The notes beneath the pieces are model-generated. The model saw nothing but the letters and a program-made list of their open reading frames with translations. It did not search any database and was not told the DNA's origin. Shown here piece after piece: positions 38,957 to 48,867 of a stretch of DNA of 64,000 nucleotides. Both the position numbers and the translations under genes were made by a program. The DNA lies in NCBI GenBank assembly GCA_937877165.1, contig CALEFO010000194.1, forward strand, positions 45,123 through 109,122, read 5' to 3'. This DNA is from an uncultured Lachnospiraceae bacterium (GTDB taxonomy: Bacteria; Bacillota; Clostridia; Lachnospirales; Lachnospiraceae). Each line of letters starts with the position of its first letter. The stretch's first letter is position 1.

Positions 38957-41064
38957 GCCGCATGATCTCCTTCCGCAACATCGTCCAGGGCTGTGTTCAG
39001 TCTGGAAGCGAATCCGTCCACGATTCCGTCCAGATCCATGCCGCTGTTCACATTATTGTTGTTGACCATATCCACCTGGATCTTCGCCGTGGTGAACCGG
39101 TTGATGGCATCCCGTTCCGCAATATCGCACAGATACTTGATGTCCTCTTCCGTGTCGTCCAGCTTATCCTTGACCTTTCCGGTGTTGTCCGCCGTCTTGG
39201 CCGTATTGGCTGCCGTGTTGTCCCATGACAGCGTATTGCCAAGGCCGGACGATGCATTCTTTGCCGAGAAGAAGTTCTTGATCTTGCTGTTAACGCCATC
39301 GCCCCAGTCTGCGCCCTTGGCAAACGCGTCGGAATAGCTGACACGATCCTTCATGTAGTCTGCAGCATTCAGCTTTTTCGTTTTCTGACCGCCGGATTCC
39401 TCTATGGTCGTATCGATTTTCGCCTGAATCTTTGTCTGAAAGCCTGATACCGCCCCGGCAAGGTTGGATCCGAATACCGCATCCAGAACCTTCGCTGCTG
39501 CACCGACAACCGATACAATGAAGTTGAACAGTGACAGAATGAGCGCTTCAATGGTCTTTACGGGGTTGTTGAACAGCGTTCCAAATGCATCGGCAAAATT
39601 TGCGAACAGATTATAAAAATTCACTACGTTCGTCACGCTATAGTTGTACAGTCCGATCAGAAGGTTCTGAATCACGGCCACCACCGTCATAACAGCCCCG
39701 GCCACGGTTCCAAGTGCAGAGTTCGCCATTCCTGCCGATACCGCTGCCTGCGTGCCGAAATACAGAAGAACCGCAGCTGCCGCAAGGATCCCGGCTACAA
39801 TCCAAGTAATCGGGCAAGCAGCCAGTGCGGCATTCAGGCCATACTGTGCTGCCGTCTCCGCAAACGTTGCCCCTGTTGCCATCGCTTTCGCAGCAACGTG
39901 CACCGTTTCGGATGCCGCCGAAGCCAAGTTGATTGCATTCACCACGGTTGCAATCGCAGCATACGCCGTCAGTGCACCGGCAGCGATCGCCACAACCGGT
40001 TCCAGTGCCGCCCAGTTCTCCGACACCCAGCTGACTGCTGCGCCCAGTCCAGTCAATGCCGCACTGGCAAGATTCGCGCCAGCATACATCAGGTTGATTG
40101 CCTGCTGCATCACCGCCTGACCGCCGGAGCTGTTCAGATAATTATTCAACTGGGTCAGTACCGGAGAGAACGCCTGAATTGCATTGTTCTTCATGACTTC
40201 AGCGGCCTGCCCGAAGGTCATCGGCATCTGCGCGAACTTCGCATCTACTTCATCTGCCGATGCCATAATGGCATTCTTGACCACATCCGCCGTGAGCTCT
40301 CCATCCGCTGCCATCTCCTTAATCTTGCCAATCGGGACATTCAGATAATCCGCAATGGATCTCACAAGGTTCGGGGCCTGTTCGAACACGGAGTTCAGAT
40401 CCTGTCCGCGAAGGACGCCGGCGCCAAGGCCCTGTGACAGCTGGACCTCCGCGTTTGCGGCTTCCTGTGCGCTTGCTCCTGCAATGACCATCTGCTTCTG
40501 TACAATCTCCGCAAAGCGGATGACCTCATCGGAGCTCGAAAATGCATCCCGCGCATTGTTTCCGAATCTCGCCACAACGCTCATCAGGTCATTGACCGAT
40601 CCGCGGGCATTGTTTGCAGAAGCATAGATCTTCTGCATCGCATCGTCTGTTTTCTGTCCGATCACCGCATCCGAAGCTCCGGAATTGAAGTTGCTGACCA
40701 TCATCTGAATGCGGGAAGTGTTCTGTACCAGCTCATCGGATGCCTCCACCACATTCTTGACCGCCTGCATGGAAAGATAAGTAGCCGCAATCCCTTTCAG
40801 CTTGCCGAGAAGCCCCTCTGCTGCCGATGCACCGCTCCGGATGGCTTCATTGTGCTTCTCCTGTTCATCGGATGCCTTTTCCGCCTGATCCGGCACTTTG
40901 CTGAGCTTATCCACCATCGCTGTCAATCCGGATCCGGATGCAGCATTCAGCGTTGTATTCAGATGTTCGAAGTTCGCAATCAGCCGGTCCGCTGCCTCCG
41001 CCGCGCTTTTTAGCTTGGCGGTCATATCGTCATTCAGCCGGATGGAAGAATCTAATGTTGCCAT
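38953..41064 (-). CDS. Tape measure protein
   Basis: 703 aa, Ala/Gly-rich with hydrophobic central segments. Follows the chaperone pair. Confidence 0.85.
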   Translation of the reverse strand: MATLDSSIRLNDDMTAKLKSAAEAADRLIANFEHLNTTLNAASGSGLTAMVDKLSKVPDQAEKASDEQEKHNEAIRSGASAAEGLLGKLKGIAATYLSMQAVKNVVEASDELVQNTSRIQMMVSNFNSGASDAVIGQKTDDAMQKIYASANNARGSVNDLMSVVARFGNNARDAFSSSDEVIRFAEIVQKQMVIAGASAQEAANAEVQLSQGLGAGVLRGQDLNSVFEQAPNLVRSIADYLNVPIGKIKEMAADGELTADVVKNAIMASADEVDAKFAQMPMTFGQAAEVMKNNAIQAFSPVLTQLNNYLNSSGGQAVMQQAINLMYAGANLASAALTGLGAAVSWVSENWAALEPVVAIAAGALTAYAAIATVVNAINLASAASETVHVAAKAMATGATFAETAAQYGLNAALAACPITWIVAGILAAAAVLLYFGTQAAVSAGMANSALGTVAGAVMTVVAVIQNLLIGLYNYSVTNVVNFYNLFANFADAFGTLFNNPVKTIEALILSLFNFIVSVVGAAAKVLDAVFGSNLAGAVSGFQTKIQAKIDTTIEESGGQKTKKLNAADYMKDRVSYSDAFAKGADWGDGVNSKIKNFFSAKNASSGLGNTLSWDNTAANTAKTADNTGKVKDKLDDTEEDIKYLCDIAERDAINRFTTAKIQVDMVNNNNVNSGMDLDGIVDGFASRLNTALDDVAEGDHAA

Positions 41065-41071
41065 ATCTCAC

Positions 41072-41242
41072 CTACTTATCCGCATGTTTCAGCTCTTTTT
41101 CCCTCTTCCTGGCTTCCCTGCTCCACTTCTGGACAAAGGCAATCACCATTGCCTTCTCGTTGCTGTCGAGAGCATCAAACTTGCCCGGCAGGATCCCCAG
41201 TCTGCGGAAGCAGAAATACGCATAGGTTGCCATCGGGTCCAT
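41072..41242 (-). CDS. Tail assembly chaperone -1 frame extension (or separate 56-aa ORF)
   Basis: The -1 frame is open from the slippery site to a TAG 8 nt before the tape-measure ATG. An internal ATG gives MDPMATYAYFCFRRLG... Confidence 0.55.
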   Translation of the reverse strand: MDPMATYAYFCFRRLGILPGKFDALDSNEKAMVIAFVQKWSREARKREKELKHADK

Positions 41243-41256
41243 GTCCGGACCCTCAA

Positions 41257-41685
41257 TCAGTTTTTTGCCTGATCCACTTTATCCTGAAGTCCGACATCGA
41301 AGCCGCACAGCTTGTTCACGAACTGCAGAAGGTCGAAATACTCGCCCGGCAGGTTGACCATTTCCGGAATCAGCTTCTCCGGAGACGCCGCGCCGTAGGA
41401 TCTTAACAGCTCATCGTTGTGAAGGTCCGGCTCTACGACACATTCCGCAATCATGGCGTTGTTCAGAAGGTCCGTGTCCACTTCCTGACGGAGCTGATTC
41501 TTGCCAGGGACCTGTACCATCTTCGTGCAGCGCTTCCGGATCCGGTTGAACTCTTCCGAACTGATCGCGCGGAACTTCCACGGAATCGGTTCGCCGCTTT
41601 CATCCACAAACGCCTTCGACACCACATAGAGCTCTTCTGTCTCTCCTGCTTTCTTGTTCTGCTTCAAAAATGCGTGAAAATCCAT
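41257..41685 (-). CDS. XkdN-like tail assembly chaperone
   Basis: Start set at MDFHAFLKQNK, which has the RBS AAGGAGA. Lies between the tube and tape-measure genes. Confidence 0.7.
   Translation of the reverse strand: MDFHAFLKQNKKAGETEELYVVSKAFVDESGEPIPWKFRAISSEEFNRIRKRCTKMVQVPGKNQLRQEVDTDLLNNAMIAECVVEPDLHNDELLRSYGAASPEKLIPEMVNLPGEYFDLLQFVNKLCGFDVGLQDKVDQAKN
41260..41266 (-). promoter_or_regulatory. A_AAA_AAC -1 programmed frameshift heptamer
   Basis: Minus strand GCA AAA AAC TGA at the end of the chaperone ORF. Confidence 0.5.
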
Positions 41686-41771
41686 CTTGTTCTCCTTGAT
41701 TCCTCCCAAAAACGGGCAGAAGGGTGAGGAGGATGCACCTTTTCGGCATCTGCCTATCTGCCCGCAGCTTC

Positions 41772-42248
41772 TTACATTCCTGCCAATTCTGTGAAGGTCT
41801 CCGGCATCTCCACATCATCAAACGTGAAGTCGAAATCCTCGTCAATGATGTCCGAATCTGCATCAAACTTCGTGATGATCAGGGAATCCAGGTTGCAGTT
41901 CTTCAGGATGACCGTCTGGCGTCCCGCCTTCGAGGTCGGATCCTCGTTGGTAATCTGCATATCGAAATAGAAGTCCTGACCGTTCTTCATGTAGTTCAGC
42001 ATTGCGGCGCGGAACTCGGAAGAGCAATAGTGCATCTTTCCGGACCCGGTTCCCTTCCAGCCGGTTCCCTTGTTGGCCTTGCCGGTCTTTCCCAGAATCG
42101 GAACTTCCTTCTTCGTCTTGGTTACCTTCGCCTCCACGCTGACGAACTGCATTCCGTTGTACCTGCGTCCGTTCAGTGTGTAATAGCATTCCGCAAGGGA
42201 CCCCGAAATGGTGTCCCCGCCTTCCATAATCGTGTTGATATTGCTCAT
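41772..42248 (-). CDS. Tail tube protein (XkdM-like)
   Basis: 158 aa immediately after the sheath gene. Confidence 0.8.
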   Translation of the reverse strand: MSNINTIMEGGDTISGSLAECYYTLNGRRYNGMQFVSVEAKVTKTKKEVPILGKTGKANKGTGWKGTGSGKMHYCSSEFRAAMLNYMKNGQDFYFDMQITNEDPTSKAGRQTVILKNCNLDSLIITKFDADSDIIDEDFDFTFDDVEMPETFTELAGM

Positions 42249-42258
42249 ATCCGTCTCC

Positions 42259-43563
42259 TTATGCGACCTTGACCGTCATATACAGCTGTTCCATCGTTCC
42301 TGTTACGGTAATGGCATCTGTAATGACAACCGCGTTCTTGCTCTCGCCCTGTGCAACAGTGATGTTCTCCGACTCAAAGTTCTCAATCGCACGTCTGCGC
42401 TCCAGACTGTTGTGCAAGTCAACCACATCATTCCAGAGCGACACGCGACCGGATTCATCGTTCGGAACCTTGCCCAGGTACTTCGTATTGAACAGCGTGG
42501 CGATGTCGTTTCCGACCTGATCACAGACGCGCACCGTCTTGTTATCCTGGAAGATCTCGCCCTTCTCATCCGTGAAGGTAACAAGGGAATTGATATCCCG
42601 AAGGACACGGACATCTCCAGCCACATTGTGGAAAATCAGCTTTCCGGCATCCAGCGCGTTCTTCAGTCCCGACTGCGTATAGGACACATCAACGGTATAT
42701 TCTCCATCGTACAGGGAATTCATCAGCGAATCCTCGACGGCGCATCCTGCTTCTGCACCGGTCACCCAGTACACCAGAGAAGCCTCATCCGCGCCGGTGT
42801 CCTTCACCTTGTTCTCTACGTCAATGATGCCTTCATAGTCTCCCTCGTAGTGGTACAGAACCGTCTGGAACTTCACGCCGATGTCATCGCGCATGCGCCT
42901 GGTGAAATTCGCTACCAGCTTCTTCGTGGTATCGTCCGTCGTCGCAACGCCCATCACGTTGAAGGAATAGCTCTCAATCGCGTCCAGATAAGCCTGATAG
43001 CTGTCTCCGGTTACACTGGCATTCGTTCCGCCTTCAAGGCTCTTCCCTGCCGTCTCTTCCAGATCCACGCCCGTCTTCCAGGTCACATAATCGTTATCCT
43101 TCAGGTCGGCCGCCTTCCCTACGGTCTGCATGTCCACCTTCACCGTGCCGAGGTACAGCGTGACATCGAACAGGGAAGGATTGTCCGCATTCGCCGCAAT
43201 CACATATTTCAGATCATTGCCGCGGATACCGGAATACTTCGCCGTCGCATTGTCCGAGGTTGCCTTTCCTCCGCCGCTCTGCAGGTTGTACGCATACAGC
43301 GTCGTAATATGCAGGAACAGCTCCCGGACAGGCCGGAGCTTCTCCGACGTGTAGTCATACCCGAAGATCTGCCTGGAATTCTTCAGGAAATCATCCTGCG
43401 TCACCTTGAACACACCTTCCGGTCCCCAGTCGAGGAGAAGCGGCATCGTCGCAACGCCGCGCCCGGAAAGACTGTTTCCTGCTGCCTTTACCGAAACAAA
43501 ATTGATGTATGTGCCCGGAAGCGGCTTGTTCTGCGTTGTAAACGTGCCTCCACCCAATGCCAT
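42259..43563 (-). CDS. Tail sheath protein (XkdK-like), full length
   Basis: 434 aa with the N-terminus MALGGGTFTTQNKPLPGTYINFVS, typical of phage sheath proteins. Confidence 0.9.
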   Translation of the reverse strand: MALGGGTFTTQNKPLPGTYINFVSVKAAGNSLSGRGVATMPLLLDWGPEGVFKVTQDDFLKNSRQIFGYDYTSEKLRPVRELFLHITTLYAYNLQSGGGKATSDNATAKYSGIRGNDLKYVIAANADNPSLFDVTLYLGTVKVDMQTVGKAADLKDNDYVTWKTGVDLEETAGKSLEGGTNASVTGDSYQAYLDAIESYSFNVMGVATTDDTTKKLVANFTRRMRDDIGVKFQTVLYHYEGDYEGIIDVENKVKDTGADEASLVYWVTGAEAGCAVEDSLMNSLYDGEYTVDVSYTQSGLKNALDAGKLIFHNVAGDVRVLRDINSLVTFTDEKGEIFQDNKTVRVCDQVGNDIATLFNTKYLGKVPNDESGRVSLWNDVVDLHNSLERRRAIENFESENITVAQGESKNAVVITDAITVTGTMEQLYMTVKVA

Positions 43564-43564
43564 A

Positions 43565-43753
43565 TCATTTCACCTTACCTTTCCTGTACTCCTGCACAGC
43601 CTCATCGGCTTCCTGCAGGGTGTATTTCCTGTTCCTGTCCAGTACCGCCGCAACGATGTCCCTGTGCGCCTCAAACCGCTTGGAATCCATCAGCTGAGCA
43701 CCGGTGAAGCGCTGCGGGGCGTCCACTTCGGTCTTTCTTTTTCTGACCGCCAT
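43565..43753 (-). CDS. Small hypothetical protein (copy 2 of 816..1004)
   Basis: Identical ORF at +42749. Confidence 0.6.
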   Translation of the reverse strand: MAVRKRKTEVDAPQRFTGAQLMDSKRFEAHRDIVAAVLDRNRKYTLQEADEAVQEYRKGKVK

Positions 43754-44196
43754 CCTTCCACCTCCAATTCTGTTTTCTGCTTCTCCATCATCACGGCTTC
43801 CGGAGCGGTCCGGATCTCATCCGCCTGAACTCTGGCCGTCATGACAAGCACACCGTCTGAAACCGCCGTCTGCTTGTCCGTTGTCCTTACCAGGCGGTCC
43901 CCGGCCCGGAAGATTTCCAGACAGTCGAACAGCCTCTCCGCCGCGTCATTCATTTCCGCATTCGGTTCCGACGGGCTGCTGACTTCACTTTCCCTGGGAA
44001 AATAGCAGATATTCATCAGCCATGTTCTGCGGTACCTTCTCCAGAAATAGAGATTCTTCCCTGGTGTCACGCAGCGGATATAGAAGCAGGGTCCTTGAAA
44101 GCCCTGCTCGCTGTTCTCCGTCCGGATGGGATATCCCTCACCGAATTCTTCATAAATGGCATTGACCATGCCGTTTATCAACTGTTCTGTCGTCAT
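43690..44196 (-). CDS. Neck/tail-completion protein (copy 2 of 941..1447)
   Basis: Identical ORF at +42749. Confidence 0.55.
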   Translation of the reverse strand: MTTEQLINGMVNAIYEEFGEGYPIRTENSEQGFQGPCFYIRCVTPGKNLYFWRRYRRTWLMNICYFPRESEVSSPSEPNAEMNDAAERLFDCLEIFRAGDRLVRTTDKQTAVSDGVLVMTARVQADEIRTAPEAVMMEKQKTELEVEGWRSEKERPKWTPRSASPVLS

Positions 44197-44666
44197 CCGA
44201 TATGCCTCTTCAGAAACTGTTCAATCTTCTTCTCCAGAAGGGCCGGCGTCTTGTTCTGTGTTTCCAGCTCCGCCTCCTGCAGCATCATTCTTCCTTCCAC
44301 CCATCTCCCATTGACCGCCCTGTGTCCGTATTCCACATAGGGGCCATAGTAAACCGGATTGGTGATCTCAATCACATAGCAGCTGCCTTCTTTCCGCACA
44401 TGGAGCTTGTTTGCATAGGCCGCAATGTTCTTGACATCTTTTCCCCCCGTCCAGCCGCGGACAAGCGTTCCTCCCGTCTTTGGAGATTTGGGCGGATACA
44501 CGCCTTTTGGTGTACGCGGAATTACCTGCTCCAGAAGGAGCGCCGCGATATTCTTCGCACAGGATTCATAGAACTTCTCCAGCTCCATTCCCTGCCCATC
44601 CGTCAGATCATGAAGCTGCTTCTGCAGCCGTTTCAGATCTCCCGCGTCTGCTTCTCCAAGGCTCAT
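44193..44666 (-). CDS. HK97 gp10-family protein (copy 2)
   Basis: Identical ORF at +42749. Confidence 0.75.
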   Translation of the reverse strand: MSLGEADAGDLKRLQKQLHDLTDGQGMELEKFYESCAKNIAALLLEQVIPRTPKGVYPPKSPKTGGTLVRGWTGGKDVKNIAAYANKLHVRKEGSCYVIEITNPVYYGPYVEYGHRAVNGRWVEGRMMLQEAELETQNKTPALLEKKIEQFLKRHIG

Positions 44667-45028
44667 GCGTAATCCTCCAAAGGCTCCAGCATGTACTCGC
44701 AGTGCGTCTGATAGGATGCCGGGATTCCGGACCGCTTCCAGTCGCTCACGGCACCGGTTGCCCGTACCACATGGACCCTGCTGCCCGGACGGATCCTCAC
44801 ATCCGGGGCAGTAAAGAGTTTTACCGACTGCGTGACCGTATCGTTTCCCGATCCTTCTGCCGACTGCGCAATGCTGGAAAAGGAAAGACGGCAGGGAATG
44901 TCCGTGTAGACCTCCCGCACCGTCTTTTTCGTTCTGTGTGTCATTTCATCCGCAGTGTCGGTCTGTTCGTATACCGTACAGGTGTCTTCGAACAGACTGT
45001 TCACCGCCTTCTGGTTTCTCACCAGCAC
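44663..45028 (-). CDS. Head closure / adaptor protein (copy 2)
   Basis: Identical ORF at +42749. Confidence 0.65.
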   Translation of the reverse strand: MLVRNQKAVNSLFEDTCTVYEQTDTADEMTHRTKKTVREVYTDIPCRLSFSSIAQSAEGSGNDTVTQSVKLFTAPDVRIRPGSRVHVVRATGAVSDWKRSGIPASYQTHCEYMLEPLEDYA

Positions 45029-45423
45029 ATTTTTCGGTATCGTAACAGCTCATCCTTTCTTCCGCTCAGAAGATCCTCAATCATCGCTTTCACCCGGACC
45101 GCCGGACTGCTGGCATCTCCTGCGTTATAGCTGATCTGCGTATCTCCGATCTTCAGGGACGATACTCCCGACTCAATGCCAAAGAGTTCATCCAGCTTCC
45201 CGGTGTTATACAGATCCTTCAGGAAATGCCCGCACGCCATATCTGCCATGACATAGCGAAGGCCGTCCGGAACATCCGGCAGGTGGCAGAAATTGCGGAT
45301 ATACTGATCTGCCCGAAGGAGCGCGTCTTCCAGTGCTTCCTTCGTCTCTTCGCTGTCATCGACTGTAAAGCCTTTCTGCTTCAGGGTCCGCTTTGTGAGG
45401 CGGAGCATTTCATACATATCCAC
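45019..45423 (-). CDS. gp6-like head-tail connector (copy 2)
   Basis: Identical ORF at +42749. Confidence 0.65.
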   Translation of the reverse strand: MDMYEMLRLTKRTLKQKGFTVDDSEETKEALEDALLRADQYIRNFCHLPDVPDGLRYVMADMACGHFLKDLYNTGKLDELFGIESGVSSLKIGDTQISYNAGDASSPAVRVKAMIEDLLSGRKDELLRYRKMCW

Positions 45424-45437
45424 ATCTGCCTCCCGTC

Positions 45438-46640
45438 TTATCCTCTGGAAATAATGCGGGCAATCGGAATTGCCTTGTGGGAAATCGCATTCTCACCATC
45501 ATTCACCAGGGACCAGTTCGCGCCGGTCTTCAGCTCTGCATCGGTCGGGCTGTTCGTTGCCTGAGAACTCTTCGTGTAAGAAATTCCCGCTACGCTGACC
45601 GCGTTTCTCTTGCGGCTGATCAGCGTATCCTCGCCGCCCGCCGTCTTGGCATCACGCACCATCTCATAGGGTACCTTCGCTCCCAGATCCTCGAAGCCGA
45701 TTGCGCCGTCACCAAGGATGTAGGAGGTATATTTCGTTCCTGCTGCCAGGGACAGAACATATTCACCCGCTGCAATGTCCTTGATGCTCTTCGCTACCGT
45801 TGCCTTCAGGACCTGCGCACCGGTCGGAGTGCCGTCCTCAATGACTTCCAGCGCACCCTCTGCAGATCTCACCGTCCGCACATAGGTTGCCGCTGCATCT
45901 TCGGTCGGCATGCTATCATCGACCACTACCAGCTTGCCGTTCCAGGTGCCGAGGGAAAGATCTCTCTCAATTCCCTGCGGATCCGTGTACTTCAGGTAGG
46001 TCAGAAGCTTTAAGTTCTCCAGATTGGTGGAAATCGCGGAGTGCACGAACACCAGGCTGAACTTCTGCTTGTGATCGCCGCAGGCCTTCTGAACCGCCTT
46101 GTTCAGGGTGGTTGCCTCCATCACGTTGTGATCCGTCGCGGATACATCCAGCGTGTGCTTGTCCACGAACTCTGCGTTCGCCTTCTTGATGTCACCGGTT
46201 CCGGTTGCCGACATTGCAAAAATGCCATCCAGAATCGCCAGAAGCGTATTCTGATCCACCGTGTTCCAGTACTCCACCAGCTGTGCACGGACATTGGCCA
46301 TGAAATCCACGCCGCCGGTCACATCATAGGAGAAGTCCGCCTCGGTCCATCCGTGCATGCGGCCGTAGGTAAACACACCCTGCTCGAAGGTCTTCGTCCG
46401 ATCGGTCTTCACGTCCGTCTGGCCGTCATAGTTCTGCGGCTCTCCGCCGAGAAGTCCGAAGTAAGGCAGCACCGCATAGACACTTCCCGTCTGGGAATTG
46501 TCCTTGAATGCCTCCCGGAGCCTTGCGTCTCCCGTGATCGCGCGGGAAGAGCGCAGCTTATTCAGCCGGACATTCGGGACTGCACTCATATACTTGCCGA
46601 ATGCCTGCTCATTGAAACTCTTTGCGTCAAATTTACCCAT
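45438..46640 (-). CDS. Major capsid protein (copy 2)
   Basis: Identical ORF at +42749. Confidence 0.8.
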   Translation of the reverse strand: MGKFDAKSFNEQAFGKYMSAVPNVRLNKLRSSRAITGDARLREAFKDNSQTGSVYAVLPYFGLLGGEPQNYDGQTDVKTDRTKTFEQGVFTYGRMHGWTEADFSYDVTGGVDFMANVRAQLVEYWNTVDQNTLLAILDGIFAMSATGTGDIKKANAEFVDKHTLDVSATDHNVMEATTLNKAVQKACGDHKQKFSLVFVHSAISTNLENLKLLTYLKYTDPQGIERDLSLGTWNGKLVVVDDSMPTEDAAATYVRTVRSAEGALEVIEDGTPTGAQVLKATVAKSIKDIAAGEYVLSLAAGTKYTSYILGDGAIGFEDLGAKVPYEMVRDAKTAGGEDTLISRKRNAVSVAGISYTKSSQATNSPTDAELKTGANWSLVNDGENAISHKAIPIARIISRG

Positions 46641-46653
46641 TGTTCATCCTTTC

Positions 46654-47256
46654 TTACCCTTCCGGGTTTTCCTTTGCCTGAGCAACAAAGTCTTCATAGG
46701 ACATCTTCGCAGGGTCCGTCTCTCTTCCGGACGGATCAATATCCCCCGATTCTCCCGGCTTTGCGCCCTTGATTGTTGCCTTCTTCTCGCTGAACAGAAA
46801 CCTTGAATCCTCCGCACCCTTCAGAGCCTTCAGCTGTGCATCCAGTCCCTTCACGGTTCCGTCATCCGCAAGCTCGGCTTTGTCCAGGTCAAGCAATGCG
46901 CGGACCGCCTTCGCGTTTCTCGCACCGGATTCCGTCAGTGCCTTCTCTACCGCATTGTCAATCCGGAGCTGCTTCATCTCCGCTTTGTGTGCCTCCACAG
47001 CCGCCTTGTTGTCTTCCTGGAGCTGTGTGATCTGTTCCTGAAGCTCCTTCTGGTCCTTCGCTGCCTTCTTCAGATCGTTCAGCTGCTTGTCACGCTCCGT
47101 GATCTGATCCTTGTAGCCGTCACGCTCCTTCGTCAGCTCTTCGATCTGCGCGTTCAATCCCTCTTTGGCGTGTTCGATGTTCTCGCCGTTCTCCTTCATG
47201 ATCGCATCGACCTGCTCCTTGGTAAGTCCCATGTCTTCCAGCATTTTTCTGTTCAT
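46654..47256 (-). CDS. Scaffolding protein (copy 2)
   Basis: Identical ORF at +42749. Confidence 0.8.
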   Translation of the reverse strand: MNRKMLEDMGLTKEQVDAIMKENGENIEHAKEGLNAQIEELTKERDGYKDQITERDKQLNDLKKAAKDQKELQEQITQLQEDNKAAVEAHKAEMKQLRIDNAVEKALTESGARNAKAVRALLDLDKAELADDGTVKGLDAQLKALKGAEDSRFLFSEKKATIKGAKPGESGDIDPSGRETDPAKMSYEDFVAQAKENPEG

Positions 47257-47336
47257 GCTTCCATCCTCTCTACGCTTTTAACGAGTGCGCTCTCCTGTGT
47301 TGGTTGGTTTTGCCCGCTTTACGCCCGGACCGGCAA

Positions 47337-47407
47337 AGCCGCCAGCAGGAATTGAACCTGCGCTTGTCACCCTTCCGGGTACCGCTCTCCTTCTGAGCTA
47401 TGACGGC
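47337..47407 (-). ncRNA. tRNA-like element (copy 2 of 4588..4658)
   Basis: Same sequence at +42749. Confidence 0.5.
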
Positions 47408-47409
47408 AT

Positions 47410-47441
47410 AAGAAAACCGCCCGGATTTCTTCAGGGCGGCC
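47410..47441 (-). terminator. Rho-independent terminator (copy 2)
   Basis: Same sequence at +42749. Confidence 0.6.
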
Positions 47442-47477
47442 TGTATATAAACGAATTGGTTATTCTCTATATGATTT

Positions 47478-47855
47478 CTACATACTCAGCATCTTCTGAA
47501 TCAGAAGCTGATCCGGAATTTCAAATTTCACTTCTCCGGTCACCGGATTGGAATCCACATATCTGAGACCTGAGAAAATGAACCTCTGGCTTTGCTTTTC
47601 TCCTTCTACTGTCCCCTCTGCTTCATAAACAGCCGCTTCCGTAAACGGCTGGTCCGTCCAGTATTCCATCTCCTCCCCCACAATGAAGGAAGCATAAATC
47701 CGTTTCTCCTGCCGGTACCGCTTTCCGAGAATATTCACATAAGAGATTCTTTCCGTGATTTCTACTTTTCCGCTGAAATCCGCAATCTGAAACCGTCTCC
47801 CCGCCGAAATGGCACTCAGCTTTCCGTCGCTGATTCTCAATTCTTTCAGGATCAT
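47478..47855 (-). CDS. Hypothetical protein (copy 2 of 4729..5106)
   Basis: Identical ORF at +42749. Confidence 0.6.
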   Translation of the reverse strand: MILKELRISDGKLSAISAGRRFQIADFSGKVEITERISYVNILGKRYRQEKRIYASFIVGEEMEYWTDQPFTEAAVYEAEGTVEGEKQSQRFIFSGLRYVDSNPVTGEVKFEIPDQLLIQKMLSM

Positions 47856-47919
47856 TGTTTTCCCCCTTCGCATTCATTGCATAAAAAATCCACCGGTCAT
47901 TTCTGACTGGTGGTCTTTC

Positions 47920-48261
47920 TCAAAGTCCCGGGCAAATCTCTTTCAAGGTTTCCAGGAACTTCTTTGCTTTTTCAATGGTGGAATTGTTCTGCAGATATTC
48001 AATACCCGCCGGCGTGATTTCCAGATTCTCCGTGAGCTTCACGCCCTTCGCCGCGCCCGCAATACTGACGATTGCCACACCGTCCACATATCCACTGCGC
48101 TGCAGGTTCTTCATGATATAGGTCCAATACTTCTGATTGACCGGGAAAGCGTCCGTCCCGTATGTCAGATATCCCTGTGAAGGATCCTCTCCTCTTTTCA
48201 GGCACTCATACAGATAGGCAAGCACCCTGCAGATAATAACAAAATAATCATCTTTGGACAT
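47920..48261 (-). CDS. YjcQ-family protein (copy 2)
   Basis: Identical ORF at +42749. Confidence 0.65.
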   Translation of the reverse strand: MSKDDYFVIICRVLAYLYECLKRGEDPSQGYLTYGTDAFPVNQKYWTYIMKNLQRSGYVDGVAIVSIAGAAKGVKLTENLEITPAGIEYLQNNSTIEKAKKFLETLKEICPGL

Positions 48262-48264
48262 CGG

Positions 48265-48462
48265 TTATTCCTCAACGATTTCCCACTTGCCGCCTTTCCC
48301 TTCCGATCGGAAGAGCGGGGCCGGTCGTGTCATCGAATACAGATAATCTTCGCCGCTGTCATCGATCACACGATACCAGCCGTTTTCCTCTTTCGCGTCG
48401 TATATTTTCCCATCGGTAAGCCCATCCGGCCCGAACGACTCCCCTACATATCTGAGTTTCAT
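48265..48462 (-). CDS. Small conserved protein paralog 1 (copy 2)
   Basis: Identical ORF at +42749. Confidence 0.7.
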   Translation of the reverse strand: MKLRYVGESFGPDGLTDGKIYDAKEENGWYRVIDDSGEDYLYSMTRPAPLFRSEGKGGKWEIVEE

Positions 48463-48484
48463 TTCACCTCTTCCTCGTGATGCT

Positions 48485-48664
48485 TTATATTACCTTTGAT
48501 CCGTCTTTATACGCCCGCCTGGCTTCATTGAGGCTCATGATATTGGCTCCACCTCTCATGTCAGGATGTTCTTCCTGAATAGGATCATTTTCCCATGAAC
48601 AGACGGAACAAATATCATATTCTCTTACTTTCTCTTTTCCGCAACAGGGACAATATTCTTTCAT
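48485..48664 (-). CDS. CPCC-family cysteine-rich protein (copy 2)
   Basis: Same sequence at +42749. Confidence 0.7.
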   Translation of the reverse strand: MKEYCPCCGKEKVREYDICSVCSWENDPIQEEHPDMRGGANIMSLNEARRAYKDGSKVI

Positions 48665-48867
48665 TTCGGATCTTCCTCAACGATTTCCCATCTTCCGCCT
48701 TTCCCTTCTGACCGGAAAAGCGGGGCCGGTCGTGTCATCGAATACAGGTAATCTTCGCCGCTGTCATCGATCACATGATACCAACCGTTTTCCTCTTTCG
48801 CGTCGTATATTTTCCCATTGGTGAGTCCCTCTACTCCGAACGACTCTCCTACATATCTGAGTTTCAT
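48661..48867 (-). CDS. Small conserved protein paralog 2 (copy 2)
   Basis: Identical ORF at +42749. Confidence 0.7.
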   Translation of the reverse strand: MKLRYVGESFGVEGLTNGKIYDAKEENGWYHVIDDSGEDYLYSMTRPAPLFRSEGKGGRWEIVEEDPK

